From NCBI GenBank assembly GCA_964391715.1, contig CAYMMZ010000001.1:1-45398 (forward strand): a DNA stretch of 45,398 nt. Reading direction: 5' to 3'. The translations under genes and the position numbers were made by a program. This DNA is from Candidatus Woesearchaeota archaeon (GTDB taxonomy: Archaea > Nanobdellota > Nanobdellia > Pacearchaeales > GW2011-AR1). The first letter of the stretch is position 1. Each line of letters starts with the position of its first letter. This document shows positions 1 through 8,094 of this stretch, piece after piece. Below the pieces are notes generated by a model. It was not told where the DNA came from. It did no database searches and saw nothing but the letters and a program-made list of their open reading frames with translations.

Positions 1-367
1 TAAAACCACTTCCATAAGTGGTAGGACTATATTCAACACCCTTCAATATTCCTTCTAACCCATAATCTTCATCCTCAATAATATTCTTTCCGCCAGATAT
101 TGGAACAAATTTATCTAAATTTTCATTGTATTCATAATCCGCCAAGTATAATTCCCACCCAGAATATTCTAAAACTTTTACTATTGCCTGACTACTCTCT
201 TTATATATTTCAGAACTACTTTTTGGAATATTGGAATTAGTTCCAAACTCTAAGTTTTGAACATAGGAGGATATCCACACAATAAGGATTATTGTTATAG
301 GAACTAACAATAATATAATTAGCCATTTGTTTTTTCTTTCGTCCTTAAAGTGTAATTTATTTGTCAT
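1..367 (-). CDS. hypothetical membrane-anchored protein (N-terminal part only; gene runs off the window start)
   Basis: ATG at 365-367 with the frame open down to position 2. It is absent from the ORF track because no stop lies in the window. Basic N-terminus followed by a hydrophobic helix WLIILLLVPITIILIVWISS. Starts 6 nt after the stop of the 374-688 gene on the same strand. Confidence 0.4.
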   Translation of the reverse strand, partial: MTNKLHFKDERKNKWLIILLLVPITIILIVWISSYVQNLEFGTNSNIPKSSSEIYKESSQAIVKVLEYSGWELYLADYEYNENLDKFVPISGGKNIIEDEDYGLEGILKGVEYSPTTYGSGF

Positions 368-373
368 TTTAGA

Positions 374-688
374 TTAATTGCCTAGTAACCAAAACAAGAA
401 TATAATGCCTACAGGTATTAATCCCGTTTTTAATACTTGGTTCCAATTTAAATTAATTTTGACCATGTGATAATGCTTATCCGTATTAAAAAAACCTTCT
501 TCTTCATATTCGGCAAACACTACATGAGAACTTAAAGGAATCAAAGGAATAAATATAAAACAAAACCACATAGTAGAAATATAAGGTTCTAAATCTTCTA
601 TTTCCTTCAACCCTAGGCCATGAAGTTCTTTTTTAGTTAAATGTCTTCTGCCATACAATGTTGTTCCAATGCCATTAATCATATACAT
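374..688 (-). CDS. hypothetical small membrane protein
   Basis: 104-aa ORF with hydrophobic segments WFCFIFIPLIPL and LIPVGIIFLFWLL. No family recognised. Confidence 0.4.
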   Translation of the reverse strand: MYMINGIGTTLYGRRHLTKKELHGLGLKEIEDLEPYISTMWFCFIFIPLIPLSSHVVFAEYEEEGFFNTDKHYHMVKINLNWNQVLKTGLIPVGIIFLFWLLGN

Positions 689-848
689 AAAACTAATAAT
701 CTTTAGGGACTTTTAAGGTTTTTCATCTCTTTCGATTAATTCTGGCAGCCCTTCATTTTTCCTTTTTTAGGAAAAGAAAAGAAAATCTTAACAAAAATAG
801 ATTTTAAATAATCTCCAAACACCCCCTCACATTCATAAATTCCTCTCT

Positions 849-895
849 CCTGAACGAAACACTTAGGCGAAGCCAAATGTGAAGCCACGAAAATC
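849..895. repeat. conserved ~48-nt hairpin motif, copy 1 of 3
   Basis: CCTGAACGAAAC, then stem-loop CAC..GGC-GAA-GCC..GTG, then AAGCCACGAAAATC. Alignable with 5321-5367 and 10870-10918: the flanks are conserved and the stem sequence differs while pairing is kept. Confidence 0.5.
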
Positions 896-953
896 CCAAC
901 AATCCTTAAAAACCCCACTCCCCTCAACCATAAATGAATTAAAACATTCATAT

Positions 954-1041
954 AAGATTTTCCTAAAATCCGCGAAACAAAGTTTCGCCCACCTTAGGGG
1001 TGGGAAGAAATCTTGAAAAGATTTCTGGGAGGGAAAATCTT
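954..1041. repeat. multi-hairpin structured repeat, copy 1 (ends 15 nt before the smc ATG)
   Basis: Outer stem AAGATTTTCC(954-963)/GGAAAATCTT(1032-1041) encloses three hairpins: GCGAAAC-aaa-GTTTCGC (972-988), CCCACC-ttagg-GGTGGG (988-1004) and AGAAATCTT-gaa-AAGATTTCT (1006-1026). TGGGAGGGAAA follows. The architecture matches 3928-4024. Confidence 0.6.
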
Positions 1042-1055
1042 CCCAAAACATAAAA

Positions 1056-3920
1056 ATGACATATATAAAAAGAATGGTGATGCATGGATTCAAATCCTTC
1101 GCAAGGAAGACAGAAATTCCAATGGAAAATGTGATGAATGTAATTGTCGGGCCAAATGGCTCAGGAAAATCAAATATAACCGATGCACTCTGTTTTGTCC
1201 TTGGAAGACTCTCTATCAAATCAATTAGGGCGGCAAAAGCCGCAAACCTTCTTTTCACCGGAAATAAAACCTATAAAGGTTCTCAAGAAGCATCAGTAGA
1301 ATTGGTCTTCGATAACACTGATAAATCATTCGCAGTAGATACTCCAGAGCTCTCAATCAAAAGAATAGTCAGAAAAAATGGACAATCAATATATAAGATA
1401 AACCACCAAACAAAAACAAGACAAGATCTTTTAGAAATTCTCTCACAAGCAGGAATTGACCCTAATGGATTCAATATTGTCTTACAGGGAGAAATTCAAT
1501 CTCTCGTAAAGTCTTCTGCAGAAGACAGAAGAAAAATTATTGAGGAAGTAGCAGGAATCTCCATATATGAAACTAGAAAACATAAATCTATAAGGGAATT
1601 AGAAAAAACAGAAGAAAAATTAAAGGAAGTCTCAGCCGTTCTAAAAGAAAGAAATTCTTACCTAAAAAATTTAGAAAAAGAAAGACAAGAAGCTGTTCAA
1701 TGGCAAAATCTCGAAAGCACAATCAAAAGATGCAAAGCAACACTTCTCTCCAAAGAAATGAAGGAAAAGGAAAAGGAAATTTGGGGAACAGAAAAGTCGA
1801 TTGAAAATAATGAAAAAGAAATAAAAAATCTGAAAAAGAAAATAGCGGATAAGAATCTCTCAATGGAAGAACTCCAAAACAAGATAAAAATAATAAACAA
1901 AAAAATACAAGCTTCCACTAGTAGTGAACAAGAAACTCTCCATAAAGAGCTATCTGATCTAAAAGCAAATCTCGCAGGGCTAAAAGTGAGGAAAGAGAAT
2001 TTTGAAACACGTCTAGAAAGAGGACATGAAAAACAAATAGACTATAAAGAAAAAATGGAAAATCTAGATGAAGAAATTTCTAAAATTCAAACGGCAAGCC
2101 CTGAAATAAAAAAACAACAGGAAAAGCACAAAGTCCTCCAAGAAAAATTAGATATTTTAGAAAAACATAGGAGAAGATTCTACATCTTAAAATCAGAGCT
2201 TTCAACTGCAGAAAATCAAAAGTCTGAAAAAGAAAAGTTCCTTATAGAATCTAAAAAAGAAATACAATTAATAGAACAAAATATAGAATCTCTCTTTAAT
2301 GAAATCAAATATGGAAAATCTCTAGAAAAAGTCTCTGAACTGAAAAAAGAAACCAAGAGTGAAATAAATTCCTTAGAAGAAAAAATCTCTGGGTTAAGAG
2401 AAGAAATCTTGGAAAAGGAAAAAAGAAATGCTGTTCTTGAAATGGACATAAAAAGAGAAGAAAAATTATCTAAAAATATTTCTGGTTTAGAAATTTGTCC
2501 AATATGTAAGCAAAATGTAGAAGAGGGACACAAACACAAAATTTCTTCTGGGGCAAACCAAAAAATAAATTCGGCAAAAGGAGAATTTGAAAAGAATGTT
2601 CAAACAAGAGTTGAAGATACATATAAGATAGAAAAACTAGAAAAAAGATTATCTGAATTAAAAACAAAGGAAAATGAATTAGAGATAGATGAATTAAAAA
2701 TTAAAAATTCTGTGGAGAGAAAAGAAAATATTAAAAGAATTTCTGCTTCAGAGAAAGAAGCAAAAGAAGATCTAAAAAAAATTAACGAAAAGATTCACAT
2801 CATCCGTTCAGAATTTGAAAAATTAAAAGATATTGAAACGAAATATGATGAAGCAAGAATGAACTTACAAGAATTGGGTCTAGCAGAGATGGATGTAGAT
2901 ACTGAAATTACTCTAAAAAGAAAAGAGGTCAATAGATTAGATTTGGAACTAAAATCTACAATAAGAGATATTGAAGAATCTGAGGTTGAATTAAAAAAAA
3001 TCACAACCATCATCTCTGAGCAAGAAAAACTCTTCTTAAAAAAAGAAATAGAAGAACAAAAGCTCTATGAAAAGTGTGAGAAATTCTTCAATGAAAAAAA
3101 CGGACTTCAAGATCAAGAAAAAGTTCTTGAAACAGATATAATGGGCTTCCAACATAATGTTAGAAATTTTGAAGAAAAGATAAATCATTCAAAAATCCAA
3201 AAAGCCCAATACAATGCTCAAATTGACTCTTTAAAAACAGAACTCTCAGAATTCGGGAATGTCGAGTTAATTCAAGCCCCAATAGACCAAATAAGAGATA
3301 GACTCCAAAAAGCACAATTTAGGATTTCTAAATTTGGAAGTGTTAATATGCGAGCCCTAGAAGCCTTTGAAACAGTCCAAGAACAATGTACTCAAATCCA
3401 AGAAAAAGTAGAAACTATCGAAAAAGAAAAGGAAACTATCGAAAAAATAGTTGCAGAAATTGACAAAAAGAAAAAGAAATCCTTCTTAACAACTCTCAAC
3501 GCAGTAAACCAATACTTTACAAGGAACTTCTCCCAGCTGTCTCGGAAAGGAGAAGTCTTCTTAGAATTAGAAAACAAAAAAGAACCTTTTGAGGGAGGAC
3601 TAAACATCTTAGTAAAAGTCTCCCGTGGCAGATACTTCGACATAGCAAGTCTTTCTGGTGGAGAAAAAACTATGGTAGCTCTTTCCCTAATATTTGCAAT
3701 CCAAGAATACAAACCTTATTGCTTCTACATCTTTGACGAAATCGATGCTGCTCTAGACAAACATAACTCCGAACTCCTAGCCGCCCTAATAAAAAAATAC
3801 ATGAAGACAGGTCAATACATCATAATAACTCACAACGACACTCTCATCAGCGAATCCACTAATCTTTTCGGCGTCTCCATGCAAGAGAATATTTCGAAAA
3901 TCGTATCTTTAAAAGTATAG
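1056..3920 (+). CDS. smc: SMC-family chromosome-organising ATPase, hinge-less, with a CxxC hook-like apex
   Basis: N-terminus MHGFKSF...VGPNGSGKSNITDALCFVLG (Walker A, SMC-type). C-terminus LSGGEKTMVALSLIFAIQ (signature) plus FYIFDEIDAALD (Walker B). Long K/E-rich coiled coil. ICPICKQNVEEGH at aa 480-492 of 954. No globular hinge segment is visible. Confidence 0.85.
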   Translation: MTYIKRMVMHGFKSFARKTEIPMENVMNVIVGPNGSGKSNITDALCFVLGRLSIKSIRAAKAANLLFTGNKTYKGSQEASVELVFDNTDKSFAVDTPELSIKRIVRKNGQSIYKINHQTKTRQDLLEILSQAGIDPNGFNIVLQGEIQSLVKSSAEDRRKIIEEVAGISIYETRKHKSIRELEKTEEKLKEVSAVLKERNSYLKNLEKERQEAVQWQNLESTIKRCKATLLSKEMKEKEKEIWGTEKSIENNEKEIKNLKKKIADKNLSMEELQNKIKIINKKIQASTSSEQETLHKELSDLKANLAGLKVRKENFETRLERGHEKQIDYKEKMENLDEEISKIQTASPEIKKQQEKHKVLQEKLDILEKHRRRFYILKSELSTAENQKSEKEKFLIESKKEIQLIEQNIESLFNEIKYGKSLEKVSELKKETKSEINSLEEKISGLREEILEKEKRNAVLEMDIKREEKLSKNISGLEICPICKQNVEEGHKHKISSGANQKINSAKGEFEKNVQTRVEDTYKIEKLEKRLSELKTKENELEIDELKIKNSVERKENIKRISASEKEAKEDLKKINEKIHIIRSEFEKLKDIETKYDEARMNLQELGLAEMDVDTEITLKRKEVNRLDLELKSTIRDIEESEVELKKITTIISEQEKLFLKKEIEEQKLYEKCEKFFNEKNGLQDQEKVLETDIMGFQHNVRNFEEKINHSKIQKAQYNAQIDSLKTELSEFGNVELIQAPIDQIRDRLQKAQFRISKFGSVNMRALEAFETVQEQCTQIQEKVETIEKEKETIEKIVAEIDKKKKKSFLTTLNAVNQYFTRNFSQLSRKGEVFLELENKKEPFEGGLNILVKVSRGRYFDIASLSGGEKTMVALSLIFAIQEYKPYCFYIFDEIDAALDKHNSELLAALIKKYMKTGQYIIITHNDTLISESTNLFGVSMQENISKIVSLKV

Positions 3921-3927
3921 ATTTTCG

Positions 3928-4024
3928 AAGGATGAAATTAATAAATTGGTGAACGAAGTTCACCCATCGTAAATGGTGGGAGAAATTTTGCAATAAAATT
4001 TCTTGGGAGGGAAATTTCATCCTT
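3928..4024. repeat. multi-hairpin structured repeat, copy 2 (starts 8 nt after the smc stop)
   Basis: Outer stem AAGGATGAAATT(3928-3939)/AATTTCATCCTT(4013-4024) encloses GGTGAAC-gaa-GTTCACC (3948-3964), CCAT-cgtaa-ATGG (3964-3976) and AGAAATTTT-gcaat-AAAATTTCT (3981-4003). TGGGAGGGAAA follows. Confidence 0.6.
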
Positions 4025-4061
4025 TTCTAAGATTGTGAGCTTGAAGGTTTGATCCAATCTC

Positions 4062-5279
4062 TTAATCCAATCCTCTTAATCCCACAGAATAAACAACCGC
4101 TGCAACAAAAGAAAATCCTCCACTAATAAACATCGTGTTTGCAATACCTAAAAAATTTATAGAAATTCCTGTCAAAAATATTGCAAGACTATTAGCTAAA
4201 GCCCATCCGACCCCATTAATAGAACTAAGACTTGCCCTAATCTTTGAAGAAAATTCATGATGGAGTGCAGAATCTTCAACAACATCTGTCATCGCCAAGA
4301 GGATTTTTAGAATACTCAAAAGAATAATGCTCACAACAATTGAAGCTATTAATGTTAGCCCTATAATCACAAGGCCTAAAATAACAAATAGTAAAAATAG
4401 AGAATTTCTAAATCCTTTTTTAACCGCAAGTTTTTGTGCCATAATGGGCCCTATTAAAGCGAAGGTGGCAGAAATTGCATAAATTCCTGGAATAACTTCT
4501 GGACCAAACCCGAATACAGCTACGAAAAATAATGGGAGGGCAACGAATAAACTACTAATAGAAAAAGTGCTCGCATAACCTCCTATAAGAAGTGCCCTAA
4601 GATTTCTATTATCCTGGTGAAAAATATATGTAAACGATTCCTTCAACTTAATAATAGATTTTCGAATATAGCTGGCAGGAATCTTTTCTGGAGAAAAATT
4701 CTTCTCAATCATATATTTTCCCGTTATCAAAAAAATCCCTAAATAAACCATGGAAATAGCAAGCCAAATAGCCCTAAAATTTTGAGAAACAATAAGGAAT
4801 CCTATAATTCCTCCGATAAGCCAACCACTTTTCTCGTAAATATACCCTTGAGAAATAAGCCTCACTAACTTGGACTTCTTTTTCGCAATATTCAGCGAAT
4901 CAATCGCCCAAGGTCCAATAGTTCCACTACCAAATGCCCAAGCGATATCGTGAAGAAGCCAAAAGGCTGAGAGAATCCAAAAATTAGTAAATAAAAACAC
5001 TCCTAAAAATGCAATAAAGAAAAGAAACTGGGAAATCATCGCCGCCTTTTTTCGGGAATCATAATCTGCAATTGCACTTGTGGGAAACTCAAAAATCACA
5101 ATCATCAAAGTTGAAATCGCAAAAAGAGTTGTCACAGCAATAACATTAAATCCTAGAGAGATAAAATAAATAAGCCCTAAGGCACTTACCAAGGCTCTCC
5201 TCAAACCATGAGTAAACTCAATGCTATTCCTAATCCTCATCACTTTCTTTTCAAAACTCATGTTCCAACAAACATTCAA
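4062..5279 (-). CDS. multi-pass membrane transporter, MFS-like
   Basis: 405 aa with about 10-12 hydrophobic helices across the whole length and short basic loops. General MFS look; no specific subfamily recognised. Confidence 0.55.
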   Translation of the reverse strand: MNVCWNMSFEKKVMRIRNSIEFTHGLRRALVSALGLIYFISLGFNVIAVTTLFAISTLMIVIFEFPTSAIADYDSRKKAAMISQFLFFIAFLGVFLFTNFWILSAFWLLHDIAWAFGSGTIGPWAIDSLNIAKKKSKLVRLISQGYIYEKSGWLIGGIIGFLIVSQNFRAIWLAISMVYLGIFLITGKYMIEKNFSPEKIPASYIRKSIIKLKESFTYIFHQDNRNLRALLIGGYASTFSISSLFVALPLFFVAVFGFGPEVIPGIYAISATFALIGPIMAQKLAVKKGFRNSLFLLFVILGLVIIGLTLIASIVVSIILLSILKILLAMTDVVEDSALHHEFSSKIRASLSSINGVGWALANSLAIFLTGISINFLGIANTMFISGGFSFVAAVVYSVGLRGLD

Positions 5280-5320
5280 ACATTATTAAACATATCCAAA
5301 CCCACTCACAACATCTCCTT

Positions 5321-5367
5321 CCTAACGAAACGCCCAGACAAAGTCAGGCGTGAAGCCAAAAGCTCTC
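5321..5367. repeat. conserved ~48-nt hairpin motif, copy 2 of 3
   Basis: CCTAACGAAAC, then ACGCC-ca-GAC-aaa-GTC-a-GGCGT, then GAAGCCAAAAGCTCTC. Lies 42-88 nt upstream of the MFS start on the minus strand. Confidence 0.5.
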
Positions 5368-5476
5368 ACCATCTAACAAAAAAATAAAAGCACCCCCTCA
5401 CCAAAGGGGAAAGCCTTCTCCTCCGCGAAACCGCGAGCAAAAGACATTAAATAAAAATAAAAAATAATTAGTGAAG

Positions 5477-6691
5477 TTAGTAGTAACTTGTTTCTACTTC
5501 TTCCATTGGTTTTTCCTTTCTAGCAAGAAGAACAACCAAAACAGCAAGAAGAACAAGGAAGATTATTACAAGGATTATTGTTAAAGCAACAACAGATGCT
5601 GAAACAGATGACCCAGTAACATTCGCTCCGAAAACAACTGATTCTCCGTTAACATCAACTGAAAATGTGTATGTTCCAACTTCGGCGTCATCTGACGCAG
5701 TAACTGAAATAGCAACAGTCTCACTTGAACCAGCATCTACAGTAACAACTGAAGGTGTGGAAACAATTAAACCTGTTCCAAAAACAGCATCTATGTTGAA
5801 AACTTTTACACTGTCTCCAGAGTTAACAAGAATCAAATCGTACGTAGCAGTTTCTCCTGCGTTTAAGTCCTTATTCTTTATAGCAGCCAAAACTTCAACA
5901 GCGTTAGAATCTCCAACACCGATAAGTTGTTCTACAGAAGTAGATGCGTCAATATTGTAAACTTCAACTTCCATCAAGTGAACACCACCTTCGGCGTTCC
6001 CAGGAATTTGTAAGTATACCTTGGCTAAAGCAGAATCTGTATCATCTTCGTCATCATTTCCTAAGTCGTTATCTACTGAAGTTGTAACTAAATCTCCTAA
6101 ATATTTTTGTGAAAAAATACCTAATGAAGGGATAGAAACTACAACGTATGTATCGTCAGCTCTGTTAAATCCATTGTTCTTTACAACAACAGAGATAGGA
6201 ACAGTGTCCCCTGCAGAAACCTTTGAAGGGTAATTAACAGACAAAACTTCTAAAGTATACGATTCTCTTTGCATTCTAATTGTGTATTCTACTTCAGTTC
6301 TATCAGTTGAAGAAACGATTTCCACATAAAGAGTATAATCTTTATATTGGTCATCTTCATCAGATGGGAGTTCTAAGGACAAAAGCTTTGAGTATGTAGT
6401 TCCATCAACAATGTCAAATCTGCTTGTAGCAGCATAAACATCATCTCTGTGACCTTCCATACGAACCTTCACCTTAACATCTTCCATATCCATATCTGCA
6501 TCAAATATAACCCTCACAGGAACTACGTCACCAACAGCTCCAGACATTGTTGTAACTCCGCCCAAATCGACGTCGTTAAACTCAGTTGTAACTCCGGTTG
6601 CAAGTTCTCCTGCAGCGGCAATACTAACGGCAAATAGAGACAAAACTACAATAAAAGGAATTAAAAGTAAATTTTTATTCATATTTTCCAT
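5477..6691 (-). CDS. secreted acidic cell-surface protein (S-layer/CARDB-like) with a C-terminal membrane anchor
   Basis: N-terminal signal-like helix LLLIPFIVVLSLFAVSIAAAG. Repeated beta-rich T/V/S/D segments. C-terminal helix VVALTIILVIIFLVLLAVLVVLLA followed by RKEK. Confidence 0.6.
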   Translation of the reverse strand: MENMNKNLLLIPFIVVLSLFAVSIAAAGELATGVTTEFNDVDLGGVTTMSGAVGDVVPVRVIFDADMDMEDVKVKVRMEGHRDDVYAATSRFDIVDGTTYSKLLSLELPSDEDDQYKDYTLYVEIVSSTDRTEVEYTIRMQRESYTLEVLSVNYPSKVSAGDTVPISVVVKNNGFNRADDTYVVVSIPSLGIFSQKYLGDLVTTSVDNDLGNDDEDDTDSALAKVYLQIPGNAEGGVHLMEVEVYNIDASTSVEQLIGVGDSNAVEVLAAIKNKDLNAGETATYDLILVNSGDSVKVFNIDAVFGTGLIVSTPSVVTVDAGSSETVAISVTASDDAEVGTYTFSVDVNGESVVFGANVTGSSVSASVVALTIILVIIFLVLLAVLVVLLARKEKPMEEVETSYY

Positions 6692-6796
6692 ATTAAATTT
6701 AGTTAATCTTTGGACAAAAGATAGGTATTTAAACCTTATTATTGTTGTAATTCTGAAAGGACGAAAACCTTAAAAAAGTATACTTTGGTATACATT

Positions 6797-7117
6797 ATGT
6801 CAAAAAACGGAGTAATAAAAAACATGAGTAATAAGAAAACAAATAAGAAAACTATAAGAAAGAAGAAAGAAACCTCAAAGATAACTACTATGAAACTCTT
6901 AGAAGAAACTAAGATTCGAATAGAAAAATTAAGAGAACATAAAAGAGAATCTTATGATGATATACTAAGAAAGATCCTATACGTCTTAAATGTAGCAAGA
7001 GACGACCCAGAAAAGGCTAAAAGGGTCTTAGAAAGAATTGATGATTTAAGAACTAGAATGTTAGAAGAAGAACTTCAACAAAAAGAAGATTTGAAAAAAG
7101 AAAAGGAAAGAGTTTAA
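6797..7117 (+). CDS. small basic protein with a ribbon-helix-helix / VapB(DUF217)-like segment and a coiled-coil tail
   Basis: The ORF-track start at 6785 is TTG; the first ATG is at 6797. MKLLEETKIRIEKLREHKRESYDDILRKIL resembles archaeal RHH antitoxin-like proteins. No toxin partner is adjacent. Confidence 0.4.
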   Translation: MSKNGVIKNMSNKKTNKKTIRKKKETSKITTMKLLEETKIRIEKLREHKRESYDDILRKILYVLNVARDDPEKAKRVLERIDDLRTRMLEEELQQKEDLKKEKERV

Positions 7118-7125
7118 ATTACAAA

Positions 7126-7473
7126 TTATGCTTCTGGAGTAAAATTTTCAGAAGGTACCTCAAAATAATATTCCTGTCCTGTCCAAGAACACCTTACTCC
7201 CACAATACTCCTACCATCTTGTTCAGACATCTTCAAAACCTTCAGTAAGCCTTCACCATGCAATAGACTCTTCCCAATAACCCCTCTTTCTGAGGTAGAT
7301 AAGTACCTCATATCTGAAGTGAAGCTCCCTTCCATTGTTTCAGAATCATAAGCAGGAGCAAAAAAATCCGCAGGAGGACCTCCTAATGCATTAAAGGTGA
7401 CAAATCTCTCATTGCTGAACATCCCTTCATTATAATTACAAGAAATAAAACCTCTTACTCTTTCAACCATCAC
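7126..7473 (-). CDS. hypothetical protein (ORFan)
   Basis: 115-aa ORF with no transmembrane segment and no recognisable motif. Confidence 0.35.
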   Translation of the reverse strand: MMVERVRGFISCNYNEGMFSNERFVTFNALGGPPADFFAPAYDSETMEGSFTSDMRYLSTSERGVIGKSLLHGEGLLKVLKMSEQDGRSIVGVRCSWTGQEYYFEVPSENFTPEA

Positions 7474-7529
7474 CCTATAGTCTCGAAATAGTTTATATAT
7501 TTTTAGGTGCTATCTAAACCCAAAAAAAT

Positions 7530-8009
7530 TTAAATCTCAAAACCACTTCCACCCAAATTATCGATATTCTGGATAATATAAGTATACATCTTCTTTATAA
7601 CTAAATCTTGCAGATTCTCTCTTAAAACTCCATGGCAAACAGACATATCTCTTTCAGGAACTCCTACAAAACCCTTTGGCAAGCTACAGACCATACTCTG
7701 CCCTTCTAATCTAAGAGAGTCTTGATTATTCAGTTCTCCTTGCAAAAGTTCCACGTTAATATTACACTCATCTCCAGAACTACCAAGGATAGAGTACCTA
7801 AAAATCATATCTTCCCCTCCAATAAATTTGGCCCTATCACAGGATTTTAAATATTCATTAAAACAATTCCAATCACTACAACTATCAAAACTAAAGAAAA
7901 AAAGCCACCCCGCATAAATCGCACCAAGAGCAACTATCAAGATAATCAATAGCTTAATCGCAAAATGATTCTTTCCAGAACTCTTCTTCCCACCTTTCTT
8001 TACCTTCAT
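7530..8009 (-). CDS. membrane-anchored Cys-containing extracellular protein, hypothetical
   Basis: Start moved to MKVKKGGKK (ATG ending at 8009). A TTTTATATA box lies about 25 nt upstream, and the dnaG terminator hairpin lies inside the longer ORF-track extension. One transmembrane helix LLIILIVALGAIYAGWLFFF, then a Cys-containing domain. Confidence 0.45.
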   Translation of the reverse strand: MKVKKGGKKSSGKNHFAIKLLIILIVALGAIYAGWLFFFSFDSCSDWNCFNEYLKSCDRAKFIGGEDMIFRYSILGSSGDECNINVELLQGELNNQDSLRLEGQSMVCSLPKGFVGVPERDMSVCHGVLRENLQDLVIKKMYTYIIQNIDNLGGSGFEI

Positions 8010-8045
8010 AGAAGATGTATGTTCTAGAGGTATATAAAACTTATG

Positions 8046-8082
8046 AAATAAAAAATAAAAAAGACCCTTCTGAAGAAGGGTC
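8046..8082 (-). terminator. hairpin plus oligo-T terminator after dnaG
   Basis: In minus sense: GACCCTTC-ttca-GAAGGGTC (8063-8082) followed by TTTTTTATTTTTTATTT, 13 nt after the dnaG stop. Confidence 0.6.
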
Positions 8083-8094
8083 AAAATTGAATAC

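Noticed and set aside
863-1258. 131-aa minus-strand ORF overlapping the smc start, and the 736-951 ORF
   Set aside because: They overlap the well-supported smc N-terminus and the structured repeats. They have no motif and are probably chance ORFs in a repeat-rich spacer.
1056-3920. Calling the gene rad50 because of the CPxC hook
   Set aside because: The Walker A context (FKSF, GPNGSGKSNITDA), the signature motif and the DEIDAALD Walker B are SMC-type rather than Rad50-type. No mre11 is adjacent. It is kept as SMC-like with an unusual apex.
8010-8084. N-terminal extension of the 7530 gene
   Set aside because: It contains the dnaG terminator hairpin and oligo-T tract, and the TATA box for the shorter form.
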